Translations under genes and position numbers: made by a program | Source: Eledone cirrhosa | Taxonomy: Eukaryota | Direction of reading: 5' to 3' | Assembly (NCBI GenBank): GCA_964016885.1 | Contig: OZ024741.1 | Span: 248,186,001 to 248,250,000 of the forward strand | DNA length: 64,000 nt | Part shown: one piece after another, positions 25,961-38,750 of the stretch | Numbering within the stretch: position 1 is the first letter of the stretch | Layout of the letters: each line of letters begins with the position of its first letter | The notes under the pieces: model-generated | Database searches by the model: none | What the model was told of the DNA's origin: nothing | Seen by the model: only the letters and a program-made list of their open reading frames with translations

Positions 25961-28900
25961 ACGGCTGGAAATTATCTCCCCTTGGACGGCTGGAAATTAT
26001 CTCCCCTTGGACGGCTAGAAATTACCTCTCCTTGGACGGCTGAAAATTATCTCCCCTTGGACGGCTGGAAAATATCTCCCCTTGATTTTTTTACAAATTA
26101 TCTCCCCCTGATTTTTTTTTACAAATTATCTCCCCCTGATTTTTTTTACAAATTATCTCCCCCTGATTTTTTTTTACAAATTATCTCCCCCTGATTTTTT
26201 TTACAAATTAGATCCCCTTGGCTGGCTGGAAATTATCTCCCCTTGGAGGCTGGAATTTATCTCCCCTTGGACGGCTAGAAATTACCTCTCCTTGGACGGC
26301 TGGAAATTATGTCTCCTTGGACGGCTGGAAATTATCTCCCCTTGGACGGCTGGAAATTATCTCCCCTTGGACGGCTGGAAATTATCTCCCCTTGGACGGC
26401 TAGATATTACCTCTGCTTGGACGGCTGGAAATTATCTGCCCTTGGCTGGATGGAAATTATCTCCCCTTGGACGGCTGGAAATTATCTCCCCTTGATTTCT
26501 TCTACAAATTATCTACCCCTGATTTTTTTTTTACAAATTATCTCTCCCTGATTTTTTTTTACAAATATCTCCCCTTGGCTGGCTGGAAATTAACTCCCGC
26601 TGATATTTTTTTACAAATTAGCTCCCCCTGATTTTTTTTTTCAAATTATCTCCCCCTGATTTTTTTCACAAATTATCTCCCCCTGATTTTTTTTACAAAT
26701 TATCTCCCCTGATTTAAAAAAAAAAATTATCTCCCCTTGGACGGCTGGAAATTATCGCCCCCTGATTTTTTTTAACAAATTATCACCACCTGATTTTTTT
26801 TACAAATCATCTCCGCCTGATTTTTTTAAAATATTATCTCCCTTGGCTTGCTGGAAATTATCTCCCCTTGGACGGCTATAAATTATCTCCCCTTGGACGG
26901 CTGGAAATTATCTCCCCTTGATTTTTTTACAAATTATCTACCCCTGATTTTTTTACAAATTATCTCCCCCTGATTTTTTTTTACAAATTATCTCCCCCTG
27001 ATTTTTTTTTTTTACAAATTATCTCCGCCTGATTTTTTTAAAATTATCTCCCCTTGGCTGGATGGAAATTATCTCCCCTTGGACGGCTGGAAATTATCTC
27101 CCCTTGGAAGGATGGAAATTATCTCCCCTTGGACGGCTGGAAATTATCTCCCCTTGCACGGCTGGAAATTATCTCCCCTTGGACGGCTAGAAATTACCTC
27201 TCCTTGGACGGCTGAAAATTATCTCCCCTTGGACGGCTGGAAATTATCTCCCCCTGATTTTTTTTACAAATTATCTCCCCTTGCACGGCTGGAAATTATC
27301 TCCCCTTGGACGGCTGGAAATTATCTGCCCTTGATTTTGTTTTTACAAATTATCTCCCTCTGATTTTTTTTACAAATTATCTCCACCTGATATTTTAAAA
27401 AATTATCTCCCCTTGGACGGCTGGAAATTATCTCCCCTTGGCTGGAAATTATCTCCCCTTGGACGGCTAGAAATTATCTCTCTTTGGACGGCTGGAAATT
27501 ATCTCCCCTTGATTCTTTTTACAAATTATCTCCCCCTGATTTTTTTTACAAATCTACCATTGATTTTTTAAAAAAAATTATCTCCCCTTCGCTGGCTGGA
27601 AATTATCTCCCCTTGGACGCTGGAAATTATAGCCCCTTGGAGGCTGGAAATTATCTTCCCTTGGACGGCTGGAAATTATCTCCCCTTGATTTTTTTTACA
27701 AATTATCTCCCCCTGATTTTTTTTTTACAAATTATATCCGCCTGATTTTTTTAAAAAAATGATCTCCCCTTGGACGGCTGGAAATTATCTCCCCTTGGAC
27801 GGCTGGAAATGATCTCCCCTTGGACGGCTAGAAATTACCTCTCCTTGGACGGCTGAAAATTATCTCCCCTTGATTTTTTTTACAAATTATCTCCCCCTGA
27901 TTTGTTTTTTTACAAATTATCTCCCCCTGATTTTATTTTACATATTATCTACCCCTGATTTTTTTTTACAAATTATCTCCCTGACTTTTTTACAAATTAT
28001 CTCCCCCTGATTTTTTTTTTACAAATTATCTCCCCCTGATTTATTTTACAAATTATCTCTGCCTGATTTTTTTAAATATTATCTTCCCTTGGAAATAATC
28101 TCCCCTTGGACGGCTGGAAATTATATCCCCTTGGAAGGATGGAAATTATCTCCCCTTGGACGGCTGGAAATTATCTCCCCTTGCACGGCTGGAAATTATC
28201 TCCCCTTGGACGGCTAGAAATTATCTCTCTTTGGACGGCTGGAAATTATCTCCCCTTGATTTTTTTTACAAATTATCTCCCCCTGATTTTTTTTACAAAT
28301 CTCCCAGTGATTTTTTAAAAAAAATTATCTGCCTTTCGCTGGCTGGAAATTATAGCCCCTTGGAGGGCTGGAAATTATCTTCCCTTGGACGGCTGGAAAT
28401 TATCTCCCCTTGATTTTTTTACATATTATCTCCCCCTGATTTTTTTTTACAAATTATCTCCCCCTGATTTTTTTTTTACAAATTATCTCCGCCTGATTTT
28501 TTTAAAAAAATTATCTCCCCTTGGACGGCTGGAAATTATCTCCCCTTGGACGGCTAGAAATTACCTCTCCTTGGACGGCTGAAAATTATCTCCCCTTGGA
28601 CGGCTGGAAAATATCTCCCCTTGATTTTTTTACAAATTATCTCCCCCTGATTTTTTTTTACAAATTATCTCCCCCTGATTTTTTTTTACAAATTATCTCC
28701 CCCTGATTTTTTTTACAAATTAGATCCCCTTGGCTGGCTGGAAATTATCTCCCCTTGGAGGCTGGAATTTATCTCCCCTTGGACGGCTAGAAATTACCTC
28801 TCCTTGGACGGCTGGAAATTATGTCTCCTTGGACGGCTGGAAATTATCTCCCCTTGGACGGCTGGAAATTATCTCCCCTTGGACGGCTGGAAATTATCTC

Positions 28901-28999
28901 CCCTTGGACGGCTAGATATTACCTCTGCTTGGACGGCTGGAAATTATCTGCCCTTGGACGGCTGGAAATTATCTCCCCTTGGACGGCTGGAAATTATTT

Positions 29000-31900
29000 C
29001 CCCTTGATTTTTTTTACAAATTATCTCCCCCTGATTTTTTTTTACAAATCTCCACCTAATTAAAAAAAAAAATTATCTCCCCTTCGCTGGCTGGAAATTA
29101 TCTTCCTTTGGACGGCTGGAAATTATAGCCGCTTGTAGGGCTGAAAATTATCTCCCCTTGGACGGCTGGAAATTATCTCCCCTTGATTTTTTTTACTAAG
29201 TATCTCACCCTGATTTTTTTTTACAAATTATCTCCGCCTGATTTTTAAAAAAAAATTATCTCCCCTTGGCTGGATGGAAATTATCTCCCCTTGGACGGCT
29301 GGAAATTATCTCCCCTTGATTTCTTCTACAAATTATCTACCCCTGATTTTTTTTTCACAAATTATCTCTCCCTGATTTTTTTTTACAAATATCTCCCCTT
29401 GGCTGGCTGGAAATTAACTCCCGCTGATATTTTTTTACAAATTAGCTCCCCCTGATTTTTTTTTTCAAATTATCTCCCCCTGATTTTTTTCACAAATTAT
29501 CTCCCCCTGATTTTTTTTACAAATTATCTCCCCTGATTTTAAAAAAAAAATTATCTCCCCTTGGACGGCTGGAAATTATCGCCCCCTGATTTTTTTTAAC
29601 AAATTATCACCACCTGATTTTTTTTACAAATCATCTCCGCCTGATTTTTTTAAAATATTATCTCCCTTGGCTTGCTGGAAATTATCTCCCCTTGGACGGC
29701 TATAAATTATCTCTCCTTCGACGGCTGGAAATTATCTCCCCTTGATTTTTTTACAAATTATCTCCCCCTGATTTTTTTTTACCAATCTACCCCTGATTTA
29801 AAAAAAAAAATTATCTCCCCTTCGCTGGCTGGAAATTATCTCCCCTTGGACGGCTGGAAATTATCTCCCCTTGATTTTTTTTACAAATTATCTACCCCTG
29901 ATTTTTTTACAAATTATCTCCCCCTGATTTTTTTTTACAAATTATCTCCCCCTGATTTTTTTTTTTTACAAATTATCTCCGCCTGATTTTTTTAAAATTA
30001 TCTCCCCTTGGCTGGATGGAAATTATCTCCCCTTGGACGGCTGGAAATTATCTCCCCTTGGAAGGATGGAAATTATCTCCCCTTGGACGGCTGGAAATTA
30101 TCTCCCCTTGCACGGCTGGAAATTATCTCCCCTTGGACGGCTAGAAATTACCTCTCCTTGGACGGCTGAAAATTATCTCCCCTTGGACGGCTGGAAATTA
30201 TCTCCCCCTGATTTTTTTTACAAATTATCTCCCCTTGCACGGCTGGAAATTATCTCCCCTTGGACGGCTGGAAATTATCTGCCCTTGATTTAGTTTTTAC
30301 AAATTATCTCCCCCTGATTTTTTTTACAAATTATCTCCACCTGATATTTTAAAAAATTATCTCCCCTTGGACGGCTGGAAATTATCTCCCCTTGGCTGGA
30401 AATTATCTCCCCTTGGACGGCTAGAAATTATCTCTCTTTGGACGGCTGGAAATTATCTCCCCTTGATTCTTTTTACAAATTATCTCCCCCTGATTTTTTT
30501 TACAAATCTACCATTGATTTTTTAAAAAAAATTATCTCCCCTTCGCTGGCTGGAAATTATCTCCCCTTGGACGCTGGAAATTATAGCCCCTTGGAGGCTG
30601 GAAATTATCTTCCCTTGGACGGCTGGAAATTATCTCCCCTTGATTTTTTTTACAAATTATCTCCCCCTGATTTTTTTTTACAAATCTCCACCTAATTAAA
30701 AAAAAAAATTATCTCCCCTTCGCTGGCTGGAAATTATCTTCCTTTGGACGGCTGGAAATTATAGCCGCTTGTAGGGCTGAAAATTATCTCCCCTTGGACG
30801 GCTGGAAATTATCTCCCCTTGATTTTTTTTACTAAGTATCTCACCCTGATTTTTTTTTACAAATTATCTCCGCCTGATTTTTAAAAAAAAATTATCTCCC
30901 CTTGGCTGGATGGAAATTATCTCCCCTTGGACGGCTGGAAATTATCTCCCCTTGATTTCTTCTACAAATTATCTACCCCTGATTTTTTTTTCACAAATTA
31001 TCTCTCCCTGATTTTTTTTTACAAATATCTCCCCTTGGCTGGCTGGAAATTAACTCCCGCTGATATTTTTTTACAAATTAGCTCCCCCTGATTTTTTTTT
31101 TCAAATTATCTCCCCCTGATTTTTTTCACAAATTATCTCCCCCTGATTTTTTTTACAAATTATCTCCCCTGATTTTAAAAAAAAAATTATCTCCCCTTGG
31201 ACGGCTGGAAATTATCGCCCCCTGATTTTTTTTAACAAATTATCACCACCTGATTTTTTTTACAAATCATCTCCGCCTGATTTTTTTAAAATATTATCTC
31301 CCTTGGCTTGCTGGAAATTATCTCCCCTTGGACGGCTATAAATTATCTCTCCTTCGACGGCTGGAAATTATCTCCCCTTGATTTTTTTACAAATTATCTC
31401 CCCCTGATTTTTTTTTACCAATCTACCCCTGATTTAAAAAAAAAAATTATCTCCCCTTCGCTGGCTGGAAATTATCTCCCCTTGGACGGCTGGAAATTAT
31501 CTCCCCTTGATTTTTTTTACAAATTATCTACCCCTGATTTTTTTACAAATTATCTCCCCCTGATTTTTTTTTACAAATTATCTCCCCCTGATTTTTTTTT
31601 TTTACAAATTATCTCCGCCTGATTTTTTTAAAATTATCTCCCCTTGGCTGGATGGAAATTATCTCCCCTTGGACGGCTGGAAATTATCTCCCCTTGGAAG
31701 GATGGAAATTATCTCCCCTTGGACGGCTGGAAATTATCTCCCCTTGCACGGCTGGAAATTATCTCCCCTTGGACGGCTAGAAATTACCTCTCCTTGGACG
31801 GCTGAAAATTATCTCCCCTTGGACGGCTGGAAATTATCTCCCCCTGATTTTTTTTACAAATTATCTCCCCTTGCACGGCTGGAAATTATCTCCCCTTGGA

Positions 31901-32310
31901 CGGCTGGAAATTATCTGCCCTTGATTTAGTTTTTACAAATTATCTCCCCCTGATTTTTTTTACAAATTATCTCCACCTGATATTTTAAAAAATTATCTCC
32001 CCTTGGACGGCTGGAAATTATCTCCCCTTGGCTGGAAATTATCTCCCCTTGGACGGCTAGAAATTATCTCTCTTTGGACGGCTGGAAATTATCTCCCCTT
32101 GATTCTTTTTACAAATTATCTCCCCCTGATTTTTTTTACAAATCTACCATTGATTTTTTAAAAAAAATTATCTCCCCTTCGCTGGCTGGAAATTATCTCC
32201 CCTTGGACGCTGGAAATTATAGCCCCTTGGAGGCTGGAAATTATCTTCCCTTGGACGGCTGGAAATTATCTCCCCTTGATTTTTTTTACAAATTATCTCC
32301 CCCTGATTTT
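29000..32310 (+). repeat. 1,636-bp tandem duplication
   Basis: ORF pairs 29672/31308, 30033/31669 and 30438/32074. Markers TTAACTCCCGCTG, TATCACCACC, GGCTATAAA and CTACCATTG. Confidence 0.93.
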
Positions 32311-34369
32311 TTTTTTACAAATTATATCCGCCTGAATTTTTTTAAAAAATGATCTCCCCTTGGACGGCTGGAAATTATCTCCCCTTGGACGGCTGGAAAT
32401 GATCTCCCCTTGGACGGCTAGAAATTACCTCTCCTTGGACGGCTGAAAATTATCTCCCCTTGATTTTTTTTACAAATTATCTCCCCCTGATTTGTTTTTT
32501 TACAAATTATCTCCCCCTGATTTTATTTTACATATTATCTACCCCTGATTTTTTTTTACAAATTATCTCCCTGACTTTTTTACAAATTATCTCCCCCTGA
32601 TTTTTTTTTTACAAATTATCTCCCCCTGATTTATTTTACAAATTATCTCCGCCTGATTTTTTTAAATATTATCTTCCCTTGGAAATAATCTCCCCTTGGA
32701 CGGCTGGAAATTATCTCCCCTTGGAAGGATGGAAATTATCTCCCCTTGGACGGCTGGAAATTATCTCCCCTTGCACGGCTGGAAATTATCTCCCCTTGGA
32801 CGGCTAGAAATTATCTCTCTTTGGACGGCTGGAAATTATCTCCCCTTGATTTTTTTTACAAATTATCTCCCCCTGATTTTTTTTACAAATCTCCCAGTGA
32901 TTTTTTAAAAAAAATTATCTCCCTTTCGCTGGCTGGAAATTATAGCCCCTTGGAGGGCTGGAAATTATCTTCCCTTGGACGGCAAGAAATTATCTCCCCT
33001 TGATTTTTTTACATATTATCTCCCCCTGATTTTTTTTTACAAATTATCTCCCCCTGATTTTTTTTTTACAAATTATCTCCGCCTGATTTTTTAAAAAAAA
33101 TTATCTCCCCTTGGACGGCTGGAAATTATCTCCCCTTGGACGGCTGGAAATTATCTCCCCTTGGACGGCTAGAAATTACCTCTCCTTGGACGGCTGAAAA
33201 TTATCTCCCCTTGGACGCTGGAAATTATAGCCCCTTGGAGGCTGGAAATTATCTTCCCTTGGACGGCTGGAAATTATCTCCCCTTGATTTTTTTTACAAA
33301 TTATCTCCCCCTGATTTTTTTTTACAAATTATCTCCCCCTGATTTTTTTTTTACAAATTATATCCGCCTGATTTTTTTTTAAAAATGATCTCCCCTTGGA
33401 CGGCTGGAAATGATCTCCCCTTAATTTTTTTTACAAATTATCTCCCCCTGATTTTTTTTTTTACAAATTATCTCCCCCTGATTTTATTTTACATATTATC
33501 TACCCCTGATTTTTTTTCACAAATTATCTCCCTGACTTTTTTACAAATTATCTCCCCCTGATTTTTTTTTTACAAATTATCTCCCCCTGATTTATTTTAC
33601 AAATTATCTCCGCCTGATTTTTTTAAATATTATCTTCCCTTGGAAATAATCTCCCCTTGGACGGCTGGAAATTATCTCCCCTTGGAAAGATGGAAATTAT
33701 CTCCCCTTGGACGGCTGGAAATTATCTCCCCTTGCACGGCTGGAAATTATCTCCCCTTGGACGGCTAGAAATTATCTCTCTTTGGACGGCTGGAAATTAT
33801 CTCCCCTTGATTTTTTTTACAAATTATCTCCCCCTGATTTTTTTTACAAATCTCCCAGTGATTTTTAAAAAAAAATTATCTCCCTTTCGCTGGCTGGAAA
33901 TTATCTCCCCTTGGACGCTGGAAATTATAGCCCCTTGGAGGGCTGGAAATTATCTTCCCTTGGACGGCTGGAAATTATCTCCCCTTGATTTTTTTACATA
34001 TTATCTCCACCTGATTTTTTTTTACAAATTATCTCCCCGATTTTTTTTTACAAATTATCTCCCCCTGATTTTTTTTTTACAAATTATCTCCGCCTGATTT
34101 TTTTAAAAAAATTATCTCCCCTTGGACGGCTGGAAATTATCTCCCCTTGGACGGCTGGAAATTATCTCCCCTTGGACGGCTAGAAATTACCTCTCCTTGG
34201 ACGGCTGAAAATTATCTCCCCTTGGACGGCTGGAAAATATTTCCCCTTGATTTTTTTACAAATTATCTCCCCCTGATTTTTTTTACAAATTATCTCCCCC
34301 TGATTTTTTTTTTACAAATTATCTCCCCCTGATTTTTTTTTACAAATTATCTCCCCCTGATTTTTTTAC

Positions 34370-34709
34370 AAATTATCTCCCCTTGGCTGGCTGGAAATTA
34401 TCTCCCCTTGGAGGCTGGAATTTATCTCCCCTTGGACGGCTGGAAATTATCTCCCCTTGGACGGCTAGAAATTACCTCTCCTTGGACGGCTGGAAATTAT
34501 CTTCCCTTGAACGGCTGGAAATTATCTCCCCTTGGACGGCTGGAAATGATCTCCCCTTGGACGGCTGGAAATTATCTCCCCTTGGAAGGATGGAAATTAT
34601 CTCCCCTTGGACGGCTGGAAATTATCTCCCCTTGCACGGCTGGAAATTATCTCCCCTTGGACGGCTAGAAATTATCTCTCTTTGGACGGCTGGAAATTAT
34701 CTCCCCTTG
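34370..34709 (+). repeat. Longest type-A run noticed (13 units), with copies at ~43381, ~46532 and ~56361
   Basis: Counted by eye. It underlies the identical 216-aa pseudo-ORFs at 34383, 43394, 46545 and 56374. Confidence 0.85.
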
Positions 34710-35451
34710 ATTTTTTTTACAAATTATCTCCCCCTGATTTTTTTTACAAATCTCCCAGTGATTTTTAAAAAAAAATTATCTCCCTTTCGCTGGCTGGAAA
34801 TTATAGCCCCTTGGAGGGCTGGAAATTATCTTCCCTTGGACGGCAAGAAATTATCTCCCCTTGATTTTTTTACATATTATCTCCCCCTGATTTTTTTTTA
34901 TAAATTATCTCCCCCTGATTTTTTTTTTACAAATTATCTCCGCCTGATTTTTTTAAAAAAATTATCTCCCCTTGGACGGCTGGAAATTATCTCCCCTTGG
35001 ACGGCTGGAAATTATCTCCCCTTGGACGGCTAGAAATTACCTCTCCTTGGACGGCTGAAAATTATCTCCCCTTGGACGCTGGAAATTATAGCCCCTTGGA
35101 GGCTGGAAATTATCTTCCCTTGGACGGCTGGAAATTATCTCCCCTTGATTTTTTTTACAAATTATCTCCCCCTGATTTTTTTTTACAAATTATCTCCCCC
35201 TGATTTTTTTTTTACAAATTATATCCGCCTGATTTTTTTTTAAAAATGATCTCCCCTTGGACGGCTGGAAATTATCTCCCCTTGGACGGCTGGAAATGAT
35301 CTCCCCTTGGACGGCAAGAAATTACCTCTCCTTGGACGGCTGAAAATTATCTCCCCTTAATTTTTTTTACAAATTATCTCCCCCTGATTTTTTTTTTTAC
35401 AAATTATCTCCCCCTGATTTTATTTTACATATTATCTACCCCTGATTTTTT

Positions 35452-38400
35452 TTCACAAATTATCTCCCTGACTTTTTTACAAATTATCTCCCCCTGATTT
35501 TTTTTTTACAAATTATCTCCCCCTGATTTATTTTACAAATTATCTCCGCCTGATTTTTTTAAATATTATCTTCCCTTGGAAATAATCTCCCCTTGGACGG
35601 CTGGAAATTATCTCCCCTTGGAAGGTTGGAAATTATCTCCCCTTGGACGGCTGGAAATTATCTCCCCTTGCACGGCTGGAAATTATCTCCCCTTGGACGG
35701 CTAGAAATTATCTCTCTTTGGAGGCTGGAAATTATCTCCCCTTGATTTTTTTTACAAATTATCTCCCCCTGATTTTTTTTACAAATCTCCAAGTGATTTT
35801 TAAAAAAAAATTATCTCCCTTTCGCTGGCTGGAAATTATCTCCCCTTGGACGCTGGAAATTATAGCCCCTTGGAGGGCTGGAAATTATCTTCCCTTGGAC
35901 GGCTGGAAATTATCTCCCCTTGATTTTTTTACATATTATCTCCACCTGATTTTTTTTTACAAATTATCTCCCCGATTTTTTTTTACAAATTATCTCCCCC
36001 TGATTTTTTTTTTACAAATTATCTCCGCCTGATTTTTTTAAAAAAATTATCTCCCCTTGGACCGCTGGAAATTATCTCCCCTTGGACGGCTGGAAATTAT
36101 CTCCCCTTGGACGGCTAGAAATTACCTCTCCTTGGACGGCTGAAAATTATCTCCCCTTGGACGGCTGGAAAATATTTCCCCTTGATTTTTTTACAAATTA
36201 TCTCCCCCTGATTTTTTTTACAAATTATCTCCCCCTGATTTTTTTTTTACAAATTATCTCCCCCTGATTTTTTTTTACAAATTATCTCCCCCTGATTTTT
36301 TTACAAATTATCTCCCCTTGGCTGGCTGGAAATTATCTCCCCTTGGAGGCTGGAATTTATCTCCCCTTGGACGGCTGGAAATTATCTCCCCTTGGACGGC
36401 TAGAAATTACCTCTCCTTGGACGGCTGGAAATTATCTTCCCTTGAACGGCTGGAAATTATCTCCCCTTGGACGGCTGGAAATGATCTCCCCTTGGACGGC
36501 TGGAAATTATCTCCCCTTGGACGGCTAGAAATTACCTCTCCTTCGACGGCTGGAAATTATCTCCCCTTGGACGGCTGGAAATTATCTCCCCTTGGACGGC
36601 TGGAAATTATTTCCCCTTGATTTTTTTTACAAATTATCTCCCCCTGATTTTTTTTACAAATCTCCCCCTAATTTAAAAAAAAATTATCTCCCCTTCGCTG
36701 GCTGGAAATTATCTCCCTTTGGACGGCTGGAAATTATAGCTGCTTGTAGGGCTGGAAATTATCTCCTCTTGGACGGCTGGAAATTATCTCCCCTTGATTT
36801 TTTTTACTAATTATCTCCCCCTGATTTTTTTTTACAAATTATCTCCGCCTGATTTTTTAAAAAAAATTATCTCCCCTTGGCTGGATGGAAATTTTCTCCC
36901 CTTGGACGGCTGGAAATTATCTCCCCTTTATGTCTTCTACAAATTATCTTCCCCTGATTTTTTTTTTACAAACTATCTCTGCCTGATTTTTTTTACAAAT
37001 ATCTCCCCTTGGCTGGCTGGAAATTATCTCCCCTTGGCTGGCTGGAAATTATCTCCCCTTGGGCGGCTGGAAATTATCTCCCCTTGGACGCCTAGAAATT
37101 ACCTCTACTTGGACAGCTGTAAATTATCTCCCCTTGGACGGCTGGAAATTATCTCGACTTGGACGGCTGGAAATTATCTCCCCTTGATTTTGTATACAAA
37201 TTATCTCCCCCTGATATTTTTTTACAAATTATCTGCCCCTGATTATTTTTTTACAAATTAGCTCCGCCTGATTTTTTTTAAAAATTATCTCCCCTTGGAC
37301 GGCTGGAAATTATCTCCCCTTGGACGGCTGGAAATTATCTCCCCTTGAACGGCTAGAAATTACCTCTCCTTGGACGGCTGAAAATTATCTCCCCTTGGAC
37401 GGCTGGAAATTATCTCACCTTGATTTTTTACAAATTATCTCCCCCTGATTTTTTTTACAAATTATCTCCCCCTGATTTTTTTTACAAATTATCTACCCCT
37501 GATTTTTTTTACAAATCTCCCAGTGATTTTTAAAAAAAAATTATCTCCCCTTCGCTGGCTGGAAATTATCTCCCCTTGGACGCTGGAAATTATAGCCCCT
37601 TGGAGGGCTGGAAGTTATCTTTCCCTGGAGGGCTGGAAATTATCTTCCCTTGGACGGCTGGAAATTATCTCCCCTTGATTTTTTTTACAAATTATCTCCC
37701 ACTGATTTTTTTTTACAAATTATCTCCCCCTGATTTTTTTTTACAAATTATCTCCGCCTGATTTTTTTTAAAAATTATCTCCCCTTGGACGGCTGGAAAT
37801 TATCTCCCCTTGGACGGCTGGAAATTATCTCCCCTTGAACGGCTAGAAATTACCTCTCCTTGGACGGCTGGAAATTATCTCCCCTTGGACGGCTAGAAAT
37901 TACCTCTCCTTGGACGGCTGAAAATTATCTTCCCTTGGACGGCTGGAAATTATCTCCCCTTGATTTTTTTTTACAAATTATCTCCCTGACTTTTTTACAA
38001 ATTATCTCCCCCTGATTTTTTTTTTACAAATTATCTCCCCCTGATTTATTTTACAAATTATCTCCGCCTGATTTTTTTAAATATTATCTTCCCTTGGAAA
38101 TAATCTCCCCTTGGACGGCTGGAAATTATCTCCCCTTGGAAGGTTGGAAATTATCTCCCCTTGGACGGCTGGAAATTATCTCCCCTTGCACGGCTGGAAA
38201 TTATCTCCCCTTGGACGGCTAGAAATTATCTCTCTTTGGAGGCTGGAAATTATCTCCCCTTGATTTTTTTTACAAATTATCTCCCCCTGATTTTTTTTAC
38301 AAATCTCCAAGTGATTTTTAAAAAAAAATTATCTCCCTTTCGCTGGCTGGAAATTATCTCCCCTTGGACGCTGGAAATTATAGCCCCTTGGAGGGCTGGA

Positions 38401-38750
38401 AATTATCTTCCCTTGGACGGCTGGAAATTATCTCCCCTTGATTTTTTTACATATTATCTCCACCTGATTTTTTTTTACAAATTATCTCCCCGATTTTTTT
38501 TTACAAATTATCTCCCCCTGATTTTTTTTTTACAAATTATCTCCGCCTGATTTTTTTAAAAAAATTATCTCCCCTTGGACCGCTGGAAATTATCTCCCCT
38601 TGGACGGCTGGAAATTATCTCCCCTTGGACGGCTAGAAATTACCTCTCCTTGGACGGCTGAAAATTATCTCCCCTTGGACGGCTGGAAAATATTTCCCCT
38701 TGATTTTTTTACAAATTATCTCCCCCTGATTTTTTTTACAAATTATCTCC
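35452..38750 (+). repeat. ~0.8-kb direct repeat at offset 2,518 (35452-36232 and 37970-38750)
   Basis: ORF pairs 35643/38161 and 36082/38600. Markers GGAAGGTTGG, CTCCAAGTG and GGACCGCTGG. Confidence 0.88.
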
